A DNA stretch of 16,969 nucleotides. Source: Candidatus Thorarchaeota archaeon. Its GTDB lineage: Archaea; Asgardarchaeota; Thorarchaeia; Thorarchaeales; Thorarchaeaceae. Below the pieces are notes generated by a model. The model searched no databases. It was given only the letters and a program-made list of their open reading frames with translations, and was not told the DNA's origin. Below, in pieces: positions 1 to 7,075 of the stretch. The stretch's first letter is position 1; every line of letters begins with the position of its first letter. The position numbers and the translations under genes are program-made. The DNA lies in assembly GCA_004524445.1 (NCBI GenBank), contig SDNP01000045.1:1-16969 (forward strand), in the 5' to 3' direction.

Positions 1-1
1 A

Positions 2-745
2 GAGATGATCGAAAATCCGATTGAGGCAAAAGTCTTCACGCCCTATGGTGCACCATCAGATAATTTCATCGTCGGGACTGTTAAGGGAAGAAGCTTTGCA
101 TTCCTTGCTCGTCATGCCAGAGGGCACACAATTCCCCCACATGCTATCGACTACAGGGCAAACATTTGGGGGATGAAAGCGTTGGGCGTGAAGAGGATCA
201 TAAGCCCTGCTGCATGCGGAAGCTTACAGCCAGATAAAATCAAACTTGGGGAGTTCGTAATTGCAGACCAAATATTTGACCGAACTTTCGGGCAGCGAAA
301 AGATACATTTTTCGAAGGAGGAACTATCGCTCACCTTCCATTTGGAGAACCATTCTGTCCAGAATTGAGAAGAGTTGCCCGACAAACTGCTGATGATTTG
401 GGATTTAAGGTTCATGATGGAGGGACCTATGTCTGCATAAATGGCCCAAGATTTTCAACTTCGGCCGAATCGATGTTTTTCCACAACCAGGGCTGGGATG
501 TGATTGGGATGACAGCATATCCAGAGGCGCCGTGAGCTCGTGAAGCTGGCATTTGTTTTGTAAACATCTCCATGCCTACTGATTACGACGTCCATGCGGA
601 GGAGCATGTGACTCATGAGAAAGTTCTCGAAACTATGTCAAAGAACATCGAGAGAGTCCGCAAACTCACATTCGCAATGATTGAGAATATACCAAAAGAA
701 CCAGAATGTTCCTGCCAAACTGCCCTGAAAGGCGGACTGTTTTAG
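2..745 (+). CDS. mtnP: S-methyl-5'-thioadenosine phosphorylase (MTAP/PNP-2 family), 5'-truncated by the window edge, with in-frame TGA at 533-535 (recoded, nonsense allele or sequence error)
   Basis: Motifs TPYGxPS, FLARHARGH, DYRANIWGMK, ACGSL, DQIFDRT, PFCPELR, GTYVCINGPRFST, VIGMT-PE. After the TGA the same frame reads AREAGICFVNISMPTDYDVHAEEHVTHEKVLETMSKNIERVRKLTFAMIENIPKEPECSCQTALKGGLF to TAG 743-745, the typical MTAP C-terminus (ARE, TDYD, CxC). The N-terminal GIIGGSG segment is absent, so the true start lies upstream of the window. Confidence 0.92.
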
Positions 746-787
746 AAAAAACAAATAAGACCTGGCCCAAGTCATATCCTTGGGCCA
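746..787 (-). terminator. Hairpin plus U-rich tract, probable terminator of the acidic micropeptide gene (lies between convergent genes)
   Basis: Perfect 9-bp inverted repeat TGGCCCAAG (763-771) / CTTGGGCCA (779-787) with a 7-nt loop, followed on the minus strand by GGTCTTATTTGTTTTTT. Confidence 0.6.
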
Positions 788-843
788 ACCGTCCAATTCA
801 CTTTCTTGTGTCGGAATAACGACAAGTCTGAACGCAAGACGAC

Positions 844-942
844 TTACCAATCGTCGTCGTCATCCAAGTCTTCATCGTCATCGTCCCAATCTTCATCGTC
901 GTCCCAATCTTCATCGTCGTCCCATTCTTCGTCGAAGACCAT
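844..942 (-). CDS. 32-aa hyper-acidic Trp-repeat micropeptide MVFDEEWDDDEDWDDDEDWDDDDEDLDDDDDW (not in the ORF track)
   Basis: Translated by hand: ATG at 942-940, TAA at 846-844. SD GAGGTG sits 8 nt upstream of the ATG. Synonymous GAC/GAT variation occurs within the repeats, and there is a downstream hairpin with U tract. Confidence 0.75.
   Translation of the reverse strand: MVFDEEWDDDEDWDDDEDWDDDDEDLDDDDDW
885..923. repeat. 18-bp tandem repeat CCCAATCTTCATCGTCGT (2 exact copies plus degenerate flanking copies) encoding the WDDDED unit
   Basis: Directly visible at 885-902 and 903-920; related units at about 847-884. Confidence 0.85.
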
Positions 943-950
943 GATTTTTT

Positions 951-956
951 CACCTC
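951..956 (-). promoter_or_regulatory. Shine-Dalgarno GAGGTG for the acidic micropeptide
   Basis: CACCTC on the + strand; minus strand reads GAGGTGAAAAAATCATG. Confidence 0.65.
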
Positions 957-1235
957 AGATGCCCCCCGTCGCCTTTTTCATCTAAATATGAAGGAACGGA
1001 ACTAATGGCACAATGCACCAAGTAATTTGCTATTGAAAAGCAAATAAAATTCAAATCCCTATTAGTAGGATAATCACGTTTTATAGATTTGAAAAAAGGC
1101 ATCATAACGCTTTTTTTGTCGATATCGGTAAAATGAAGACAATTGTTAAATGTCACTCAGAACCTCTCACGAACAAGGGTTAAAACGATCTTATGGGAAC
1201 CCGTGACGCTACCAGAGATAGTGGAGGTGTGACCA

Positions 1236-2042
1236 ATGAACAATGCAAAAGGTTCGGAAGATATTGATGTTAAACCAGAAATCTCCTCTGATGCAAGATT
1301 GGTCATCCTCCCCAAGAAGGAAAAAATCAATGTAAAGCTACTGGGAGAGCAAGAAATATCCAGGGTAGGAAACGGGATTTATTTGATTCTGGAGGGGACC
1401 ACAAATATCAAAGAGCACCTCGCAGATATCTCTCACTTCAGGTTCCGCAGGGTACGAGAAATACCTCCTATCAAATCGCGAGACCCAGAGGTACGGGCGA
1501 AGAAGGTCTTCGCGATTGTATGGTACCAGTTCGCTTCACCAACAGCTGGCCAGAAAAAGAGAGTGCAGAGACTTATACATCGAGCTCCCTGCATTAGACT
1601 CAGACCGGGTGTTCTCTTATTCCCGCATCTACGCAGTAAAGACAGAGAACGGTATCTCAAGAAGAATAAAGAGCGGTCAGTTCTTGGATCGAAAGAGTTC
1701 TCTGCTGTATTGGAAGAAATGGGCGGCAATGTAGCCAGATGGACACGGCTTCAACTAGTAAATCAGGCCAGTAATGAGTTGCTCTATGCATCGCTAGAGA
1801 AAATGTCTAAATCTGAGATTGGTTCGCTTGAGGCAAAGCTCCGAACACTGAAAGAAGCAGCAGTAGAGGGGGAGGGTATTCGAAAAAAGCTGAAGGAACG
1901 TTATTCTGAGATATCCAGTATTTACAGAAATCTCAGATCCAAATATGAGGTAGTTCGTGTGGTGTGGGGTGTTGATCTCAGAAGAGAATTAAAACGGACC
2001 TATAATTTGATGCTAAGAACGAAGCATGTGATTAGTTCGTAG
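1236..2042 (+). CDS. Hypothetical basic protein with a putative ChrB_N / PaaX-central / Cas2-like ferredoxin-fold domain and C-terminal coiled coil
   Basis: 268-aa ORF with strong SD GGAGGTG at 1223-1229. The pattern FAIVWYQF...KKRVQRLI...IRLRPGVLLFP...LEEMGGNV followed by long amphipathic helices resembles ChrB N-terminal and PaaX central domains, judged by eye only. Confidence 0.6.
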   Translation: MNNAKGSEDIDVKPEISSDARLVILPKKEKINVKLLGEQEISRVGNGIYLILEGTTNIKEHLADISHFRFRRVREIPPIKSRDPEVRAKKVFAIVWYQFASPTAGQKKRVQRLIHRAPCIRLRPGVLLFPHLRSKDRERYLKKNKERSVLGSKEFSAVLEEMGGNVARWTRLQLVNQASNELLYASLEKMSKSEIGSLEAKLRTLKEAAVEGEGIRKKLKERYSEISSIYRNLRSKYEVVRVVWGVDLRRELKRTYNLMLRTKHVISS

Positions 2043-2136
2043 CAAAGCAGAGATCACTTCTCTTCATCGGGATTGAATACCTGTTTGCTCAATGAAAACA
2101 CAAATCATGTGCATTAGATTGAAAGATAAATGAGAT

Positions 2137-2949
2137 ATGGAGCTGAAGCGCATGAGAATTGGCTTAGGTCAGATAGAACCTCAAATTGGCGAGATGGACA
2201 AGAATCTTCGGAATATCAGGAGTATCCTGGACCAAGCAAGGGAAAACGATGTTGAAATTCTAGTTCTTCCTGAACTAGCTAATTCAGGGTATGCTTTTGA
2301 TTCCAAAAGCGAAGCGTTCGAATCTGCTGAAAGAGTCGACGATGGCGAGTTCTCTCATATGCTGAAAGATTGGTCTAAGAATGGCAGGCTAATTGTTTCT
2401 GGACTCTGTGAAAGGGATGATGAAAGAATCTACAATTCTGCTGTTGTCTTTGCTGAAGGTTCCCATATTCTGACTTATCGGAAAGTTCACTTGTTTAACA
2501 AAGAGAAACTTTGGTTCGCCCCAGGTACGACAGAGCCCCCTACCTTCGAACACAACGATGCCTGCTTTGGAGTGATGGTCTGCTGGGATTGGGCCTTTCC
2601 GGAAATGGCAAGGATTCTTGCATTGAAGGGGGCACAAGTGATTCTGCACCCATCAAATCTGGTCTTGCCATATTGCTTCGACGCTATGAAAATCCGTTCA
2701 CTTGAGAACCATTTGTTTACAGCTACATGCAACCGGACTGGAACTGAGAGAAACCTACAATTCAGTGGAAAGTCACAATTCACTTCACCGAAAGGAGAGG
2801 TGCTTCTTTCGCTTGGTGAGGGCGAACCGGAACTAGGGGTATTGAATATCAATCCTAGCGACGCAGATGAAAAGAAGCTGACACCACGAAATGATGTACT
2901 GGCAGATCGAAAACCAGAGATATATAGTAGGCTCACTCGTTCTTCGTAA
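2137..2949 (+). CDS. Carbon-nitrogen hydrolase (nitrilase/amidase superfamily)
   Basis: Glu-Lys-Cys triad motifs LVLPELANSGY, YRKVHLF, GVMVCWDWAFPE; also RSLEN, NRTGTE, FSGKSQ and DRKPEIY. The start could be the ATG at 2152. Confidence 0.93.
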   Translation: MELKRMRIGLGQIEPQIGEMDKNLRNIRSILDQARENDVEILVLPELANSGYAFDSKSEAFESAERVDDGEFSHMLKDWSKNGRLIVSGLCERDDERIYNSAVVFAEGSHILTYRKVHLFNKEKLWFAPGTTEPPTFEHNDACFGVMVCWDWAFPEMARILALKGAQVILHPSNLVLPYCFDAMKIRSLENHLFTATCNRTGTERNLQFSGKSQFTSPKGEVLLSLGEGEPELGVLNINPSDADEKKLTPRNDVLADRKPEIYSRLTRSS

Positions 2950-3313
2950 TCTTATCTGGGATGCGTCCAGCCCAATCCTTTTGAGGATACTTCTGCTCGT
3001 TCTTCTTCATTTTGTCCTTGATGGATTTCGACGCGTCTATTCCTATGACATCTGCAAGGCGTAAAGCATAGATTAGAATGTCCGCAATTTCATCTGACAA
3101 TGCCTCAACATATTTGTCCGATAAGAGAAGCTCCTCAATCTCATCTTCGCGTAGCCATTGGAAGAGCTCGAGTAATTCTCCTGTTTCTATGGCAATTGAT
3201 TGAGCAAGGGCATTAGGCTTTTGGAAACCTTGCCACTGTCTATCATTGACGAATTTGCGGATGGCTTGCGTCAGTTTATTGAGGGATGGTTCTTCATCCA
3301 CCAATGATTGCAC
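2933..3313 (-). CDS. MazG-like all-alpha nucleotide pyrophosphohydrolase (dCTPase/RS21-C6-like)
   Basis: Motifs RQWQGFQKPNAL, SIAIETGELLELFQW, DEIADILIYALRLAD, KMKKNEQKYP. GTG start; 17-bp convergent overlap with the nitrilase gene. Confidence 0.9.
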   Translation of the reverse strand: MQSLVDEEPSLNKLTQAIRKFVNDRQWQGFQKPNALAQSIAIETGELLELFQWLREDEIEELLLSDKYVEALSDEIADILIYALRLADVIGIDASKSIKDKMKKNEQKYPQKDWAGRIPDKITKNE

Positions 3314-3317
3314 ACTC

Positions 3318-3851
3318 TTACTTGTTCTGTTGGAAGCTTCGCTGAATAATCCATAGGCTGTAGAGTGAGAATAGGATTACAACAGCTGCCAAGGATAGTA
3401 TAGGAGTTGCAGTCCCAGGGATTATGGACTGGGAGAAAAGAACCCAACTAATCGTATCTAATGTACCTATTATCGCTGCAACAATGACAACGATGAGATT
3501 CGTGAAACCTCCATATCTAATACGTGAAGATGTGAGTTTCCAAATTCGTAAAGATAACACGGCTGCAACGGTAGCCATAACGATAATGCCATAGTTGATA
3601 ATAAAATAGTAATTCCACTGTTGCCAAATTGGGTAGGGGGGGATAAATGCAAAACCAAACCCAATCAAAATGAGAACGAAGACCACACGCGGCCATGGGT
3701 CAGCCAGAAAATCTCCAAGGTCACCCAATAGTTCTGGACGGAGTGAATCCTCATACAGGGACATATCTCGCTCGTCTTCTTCATCAGGAAAAGAATCATC
3801 GAATTCAGCTTCGATATCATCTTCATCATGTTGGTCTTCTTCGTAGTCCAT
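3318..3851 (-). CDS. Hypothetical membrane protein (about 4 TM helices) with a very acidic N-terminal tail
   Basis: 177 aa; D/E-rich first ~35 residues, then four hydrophobic segments. GAGG SD upstream; 4 bp from the MazG-like gene, so probably co-transcribed. Confidence 0.8.
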   Translation of the reverse strand: MDYEEDQHDEDDIEAEFDDSFPDEEDERDMSLYEDSLRPELLGDLGDFLADPWPRVVFVLILIGFGFAFIPPYPIWQQWNYYFIINYGIIVMATVAAVLSLRIWKLTSSRIRYGGFTNLIVVIVAAIIGTLDTISWVLFSQSIIPGTATPILSLAAVVILFSLYSLWIIQRSFQQNK

Positions 3852-3979
3852 TTGTAATTCCTCGCTCAGACGAGTGGGCTTTCCTGAGCGGTCTGAGTTA
3901 AAATTCTTGTCATTGGTTAGTGCCGATATACTTAGCTCAGCTGAAGAAGCATTATTACCACTTCTGTCGAGATTCTGAT

Positions 3980-4576
3980 ATGGCTCAAGATTCCGAAACC
4001 CAATCCCTGCTTCAAAATGCTCAACTACTAAGGCAACGAGGAGAAACGAAGAAGGCCATAGACATTTACGAGAAAATATTAGATGTTTCTCCAGAATCTA
4101 TCATCGCGCTAAATGAATTGGGCCTTGCCAGAATTCACAATGGAGAACAAGAGCAGGCATTAGAGTTGTTTTCAAAGGCCATTGAAATCGCCCCAATGGA
4201 TTCGAGAGGGTATAGTAACATGACCGAAGCCTATCTGACTATTGGCGATTTTGAAAACGCACTAAAAGCATCAAATCGTGGTTTGGAACGGATTGAGGAT
4301 GATGCAGACCTTTGGAAGAAAAAGGCAAGGGCTCTTGAGAGTCTTATGAGAATTGACGATGCCATAGAAGCATTTCGAAGAGCTCTTGAGGTCAATTCGG
4401 AAGATCCTGAAACCTGGAAAGCACTTGCACTCTGCATGGATGCAAAAGCTAAGTGGGAAGAGGTCGGTAGAGCATATAGAATTGCAGCTAAATTACATAA
4501 GAAGCGGGGAGAAAACCAGGACGCCGAGAGCTGTTTGAGATTTGCAAAAATGGCCGAAGGTGGGCTAGAAAAATGA
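3980..4576 (+). CDS. Tetratricopeptide repeat protein
   Basis: Several TPR units (AIDIYEKILDVSPE, ALELFSKAIEIAPMD, LWKKKARALESL, AIEAFRRALEVNSED). The in-frame ATG at 3980 is preferred over the track's GTG at 3920. Confidence 0.88.
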   Translation: MAQDSETQSLLQNAQLLRQRGETKKAIDIYEKILDVSPESIIALNELGLARIHNGEQEQALELFSKAIEIAPMDSRGYSNMTEAYLTIGDFENALKASNRGLERIEDDADLWKKKARALESLMRIDDAIEAFRRALEVNSEDPETWKALALCMDAKAKWEEVGRAYRIAAKLHKKRGENQDAESCLRFAKMAEGGLEK

Positions 4577-4605
4577 GAAAAGAAGGGGCGGCAGCAAGTG
4601 CCACC
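4577..4605 (-). terminator. Hairpin plus pyrimidine tract after the PLD gene, between convergent genes
   Basis: Minus strand GGTGGCA-CTTGC-TGCCGCC (7 bp with one G:U) followed by CCTTCTTTTC. Confidence 0.5.
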
Positions 4606-4618
4606 TCATGATATTCGA

Positions 4619-6301
4619 CTATTTTTTCTTCTTATAGAAGACCGCTCCAATGATGACTGCTACTATTGCAATTGCAATGTAGACTGCATAATCGATCAGA
4701 AGCTGCATTAGAGGATCAATTGTATCAGTGGGAGTAGTTGTGGGGGATGTCGTTGGACTTGTTATTACAGACCCGATTGAATCTCGTACTCGAATGACCA
4801 TGGGTATTCCAACATGCCAATTGGTACCCACACGTATTTTTCCAACAACGGTAATATTTGTTCCATCAGCCTGAGGTGAAATCACATGGAAGTAATTCTC
4901 CGGGTCATCATCCTCAGTAAGCTCTGACTCTGGCGAATCATAGGCATTATCGGTGATGGTGTAATTATCCCAAGCATCATCGCCAATCTTGACTGCCAAC
5001 TCGACCTCATCTATGCCATCATCGTATAGCTCATGACCATAGACGGTGACATTGATGTTCGAAGAACTGGTGGGAATGTTTGGGTCCCAATAGGTATTGA
5101 CATATTCTATCTCATCAAAGTCAGCAATGCCCCAATCATAATCGAATACTTCTGAATACCATTGGGCTACATCCTCGTTCTCGATGATGACGCCAGCCTC
5201 TCGGTTATTCTCAATGCTGTTGTCGCTATAATTGATGCTGCTAATGAGTACGATTCTACCATCCACAATGATAGCCTTGTTGTGGTTTGCAGTAAACCAG
5301 CGCGTCATCTGCCAAACAATAGGAATTCCATGCTCTACAAACAACTCTGAAATCTCCTCCCAAGCATATGACCCCTCTTCGGAAATCACTCGGACTGTTA
5401 CACCCCGGTTCTTAGCCGCAAGGATGGCATCAACAATTTGCTCTACCGAACCTTCTTCATCAATATTAGCAAAATAGGGAATCTGGATGTCCAAAGTCGC
5501 CTGAGCAGAATTTATGCAGTACAGAATTCCTTGAAGACTGGTCTCAGGACTGAAGATTGGCGTCACATTCATGGGTCCACTAAACCGCCCAGGAGCGGCA
5601 AATGGTCGGGGGTAAGTTGTTCCTACTTGAGAATAGGAAAGCGGTTCGCCAGTTCCATCCTCATCTGGGTCATAATCAGTTCCACGACTCCAATCATTAT
5701 CAAAGACCATTCTGTAGTAGTTAGTGACTTGGTCATCGGTCATGGCAATACTCCACTCGCGATTTGCCTTCTTCCCCTCTTCTGGGAAGCTTGTTTTTGC
5801 CCAATTCCCAGAATGAACAATAGTGGTCTCGTTGTCAATAATGACATATTTCTGATGAGCAAATGTGAAATCGCCGCCTGCCCCACTACTGGTCCATCTT
5901 ACAGGATAACCCAATAGTGTCAGATTGTTTGCAACATAGTCGTTTGGTTCATAATAACCCAGGCTGCTCCTACCAAGCAAGAATTTCATGTCGATGCCTG
6001 GTTTAGAATCCTGTATTTCGTGGATTAAGTCTAGTATATAGGGATTGTTTATACCATATATCTCGACATAGATACTCTCTTCTGCTGATTCTAGAAAATG
6101 CCAGAGCGCATCTCTGCTACCGTCAGGAGAAACAAAAGTAGTCACATTCATATTTGTTGATATTGTGTTCCATTCAATGTCAGCGGTCACATATTTCGGT
6201 TCAAGATTATACACGCTTGCGGCCGGAACTAGCATTGTAATGGAGAATGAAAATAATAAACCCACAGCCAATAGGCTTCTGGAAGTACGGCAAATTCTCA
6301 T
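4619..6301 (-). CDS. Secreted, membrane-anchored phospholipase D-superfamily enzyme (two HKD motifs)
   Basis: N-terminal signal peptide; HQKYVIID...HSGNW...NRE and HNKAIIVD...SSINYS...NRE; beta-rich C-terminal domain, Thr/Pro linker, TM helix and KKKK tail. Confidence 0.92.
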   Translation of the reverse strand: MRICRTSRSLLAVGLLFSFSITMLVPAASVYNLEPKYVTADIEWNTISTNMNVTTFVSPDGSRDALWHFLESAEESIYVEIYGINNPYILDLIHEIQDSKPGIDMKFLLGRSSLGYYEPNDYVANNLTLLGYPVRWTSSGAGGDFTFAHQKYVIIDNETTIVHSGNWAKTSFPEEGKKANREWSIAMTDDQVTNYYRMVFDNDWSRGTDYDPDEDGTGEPLSYSQVGTTYPRPFAAPGRFSGPMNVTPIFSPETSLQGILYCINSAQATLDIQIPYFANIDEEGSVEQIVDAILAAKNRGVTVRVISEEGSYAWEEISELFVEHGIPIVWQMTRWFTANHNKAIIVDGRIVLISSINYSDNSIENNREAGVIIENEDVAQWYSEVFDYDWGIADFDEIEYVNTYWDPNIPTSSSNINVTVYGHELYDDGIDEVELAVKIGDDAWDNYTITDNAYDSPESELTEDDDPENYFHVISPQADGTNITVVGKIRVGTNWHVGIPMVIRVRDSIGSVITSPTTSPTTTPTDTIDPLMQLLIDYAVYIAIAIVAVIIGAVFYKKKK

Positions 6302-6402
6302 GGTTCAAACATCCTCGTCTAAGGGTGAGAGAAGAGCATTCAAGGAATCACTTATACCTTCTGATAGCATTATACCGTAATCGAATTTAGAGGAATATCA
6401 CC

Positions 6403-6660
6403 ATGAAGCTGTTTTACAAAGTTGACCCATCGAGATATAGAGAGATGATGGAGAAGGTAAGAGATGAACTTGGATTGCATGAGGAGATTGATGAAGCTGC
6501 CACATTCCTCATGGAGGAGTCAGAGGACCGAATCGAGCAGATCACTGGTAGATATAACCCAGCCATAGGCGGAGATGCTATGATTCGAGTTGTGCTTGTG
6601 GACGAGTCATTGAAGGATTTCTTAGATTCTGTATTTGGCGAGCCCTACAAGGTGAAATGA
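6403..6660 (+). CDS. Small hypothetical protein (85 aa, acidic, alpha/beta)
   Basis: GAGG SD upstream, protein-like composition, fills the gap divergent from the PLD gene. No family recognised. Confidence 0.75.
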   Translation: MKLFYKVDPSRYREMMEKVRDELGLHEEIDEAATFLMEESEDRIEQITGRYNPAIGGDAMIRVVLVDESLKDFLDSVFGEPYKVK

Positions 6661-7075
6661 TTCTAGTTACTAGACCAGCATAGAATCTTTGAAACAAGAA
6701 ATGATACAGTCAAACACCATGCTGCATCCATTTTTCTCAATTCATTGATTGCCATCTATGCATGGACTCTGAATCACCAGACACCGATATTTTGACAACG
6801 GCGCTTTCTGAAGCCATATGCCATATCTTGAATCTTTTCCATATATTTGACTCAATCGAAATGATGCAGTCCTGTAAATTTTGTTTGTAAAAAGCCCGAA
6901 AACTGTCCTCCAAAAGGATCTCATCGATTGGGCTTTGGTTCAATCTTAGGTTAGCGGTTTTTAGAAAAATGGAGGAATAGCCGGGGATAGGGAGCCTCTT
7001 CCATTTCTGAAATGGCCCCCTTATTGGCATTACTTGGTGTCAGTATCATTGACAACAAGCAAGACTTCAACTAGA

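Noticed and set aside
5-535. ORF track's 176-aa protein as a complete gene
   Set aside because: It lacks both the MTAP N-terminus (outside the window) and the C-terminus, which continues in frame past the TGA to 745.
847-930. Repeats as a CRISPR array or non-coding microsatellite
   Set aside because: There are no unique spacers; the units are codon-phased with synonymous variation and lie within an ORF that has an SD.
746-1000. Canonical SECIS element downstream of MTAP
   Set aside because: No convincing AUGA...GA kink-turn stem or GAA/A archaeal SECIS was found by eye; a covariance search is needed.
638-1156. Minus-strand ORFs 638-850 and 950-1156
   Set aside because: Non-ATG starts and no motifs. 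The first is antisense to the MTAP tail and spans the terminator; the second covers the AT-rich promoter spacer.
1236-2042. Bona fide cas2
   Set aside because: Too long, lacks the catalytic Asp, and no cas genes or array occur in the window.
6352-6376. TTATACC direct repeat (6352-6358, 6370-6376) in the PLD/85-aa divergent spacer
   Set aside because: Plausibly just TATA-like elements; too short to support a specific regulatory claim.
6737-7030. 97-aa and 60-aa minus-strand ORFs in the gap
   Set aside because: No recognisable motif or clear SD, atypical composition, and overlap with dyad structures; cannot be supported as genes.
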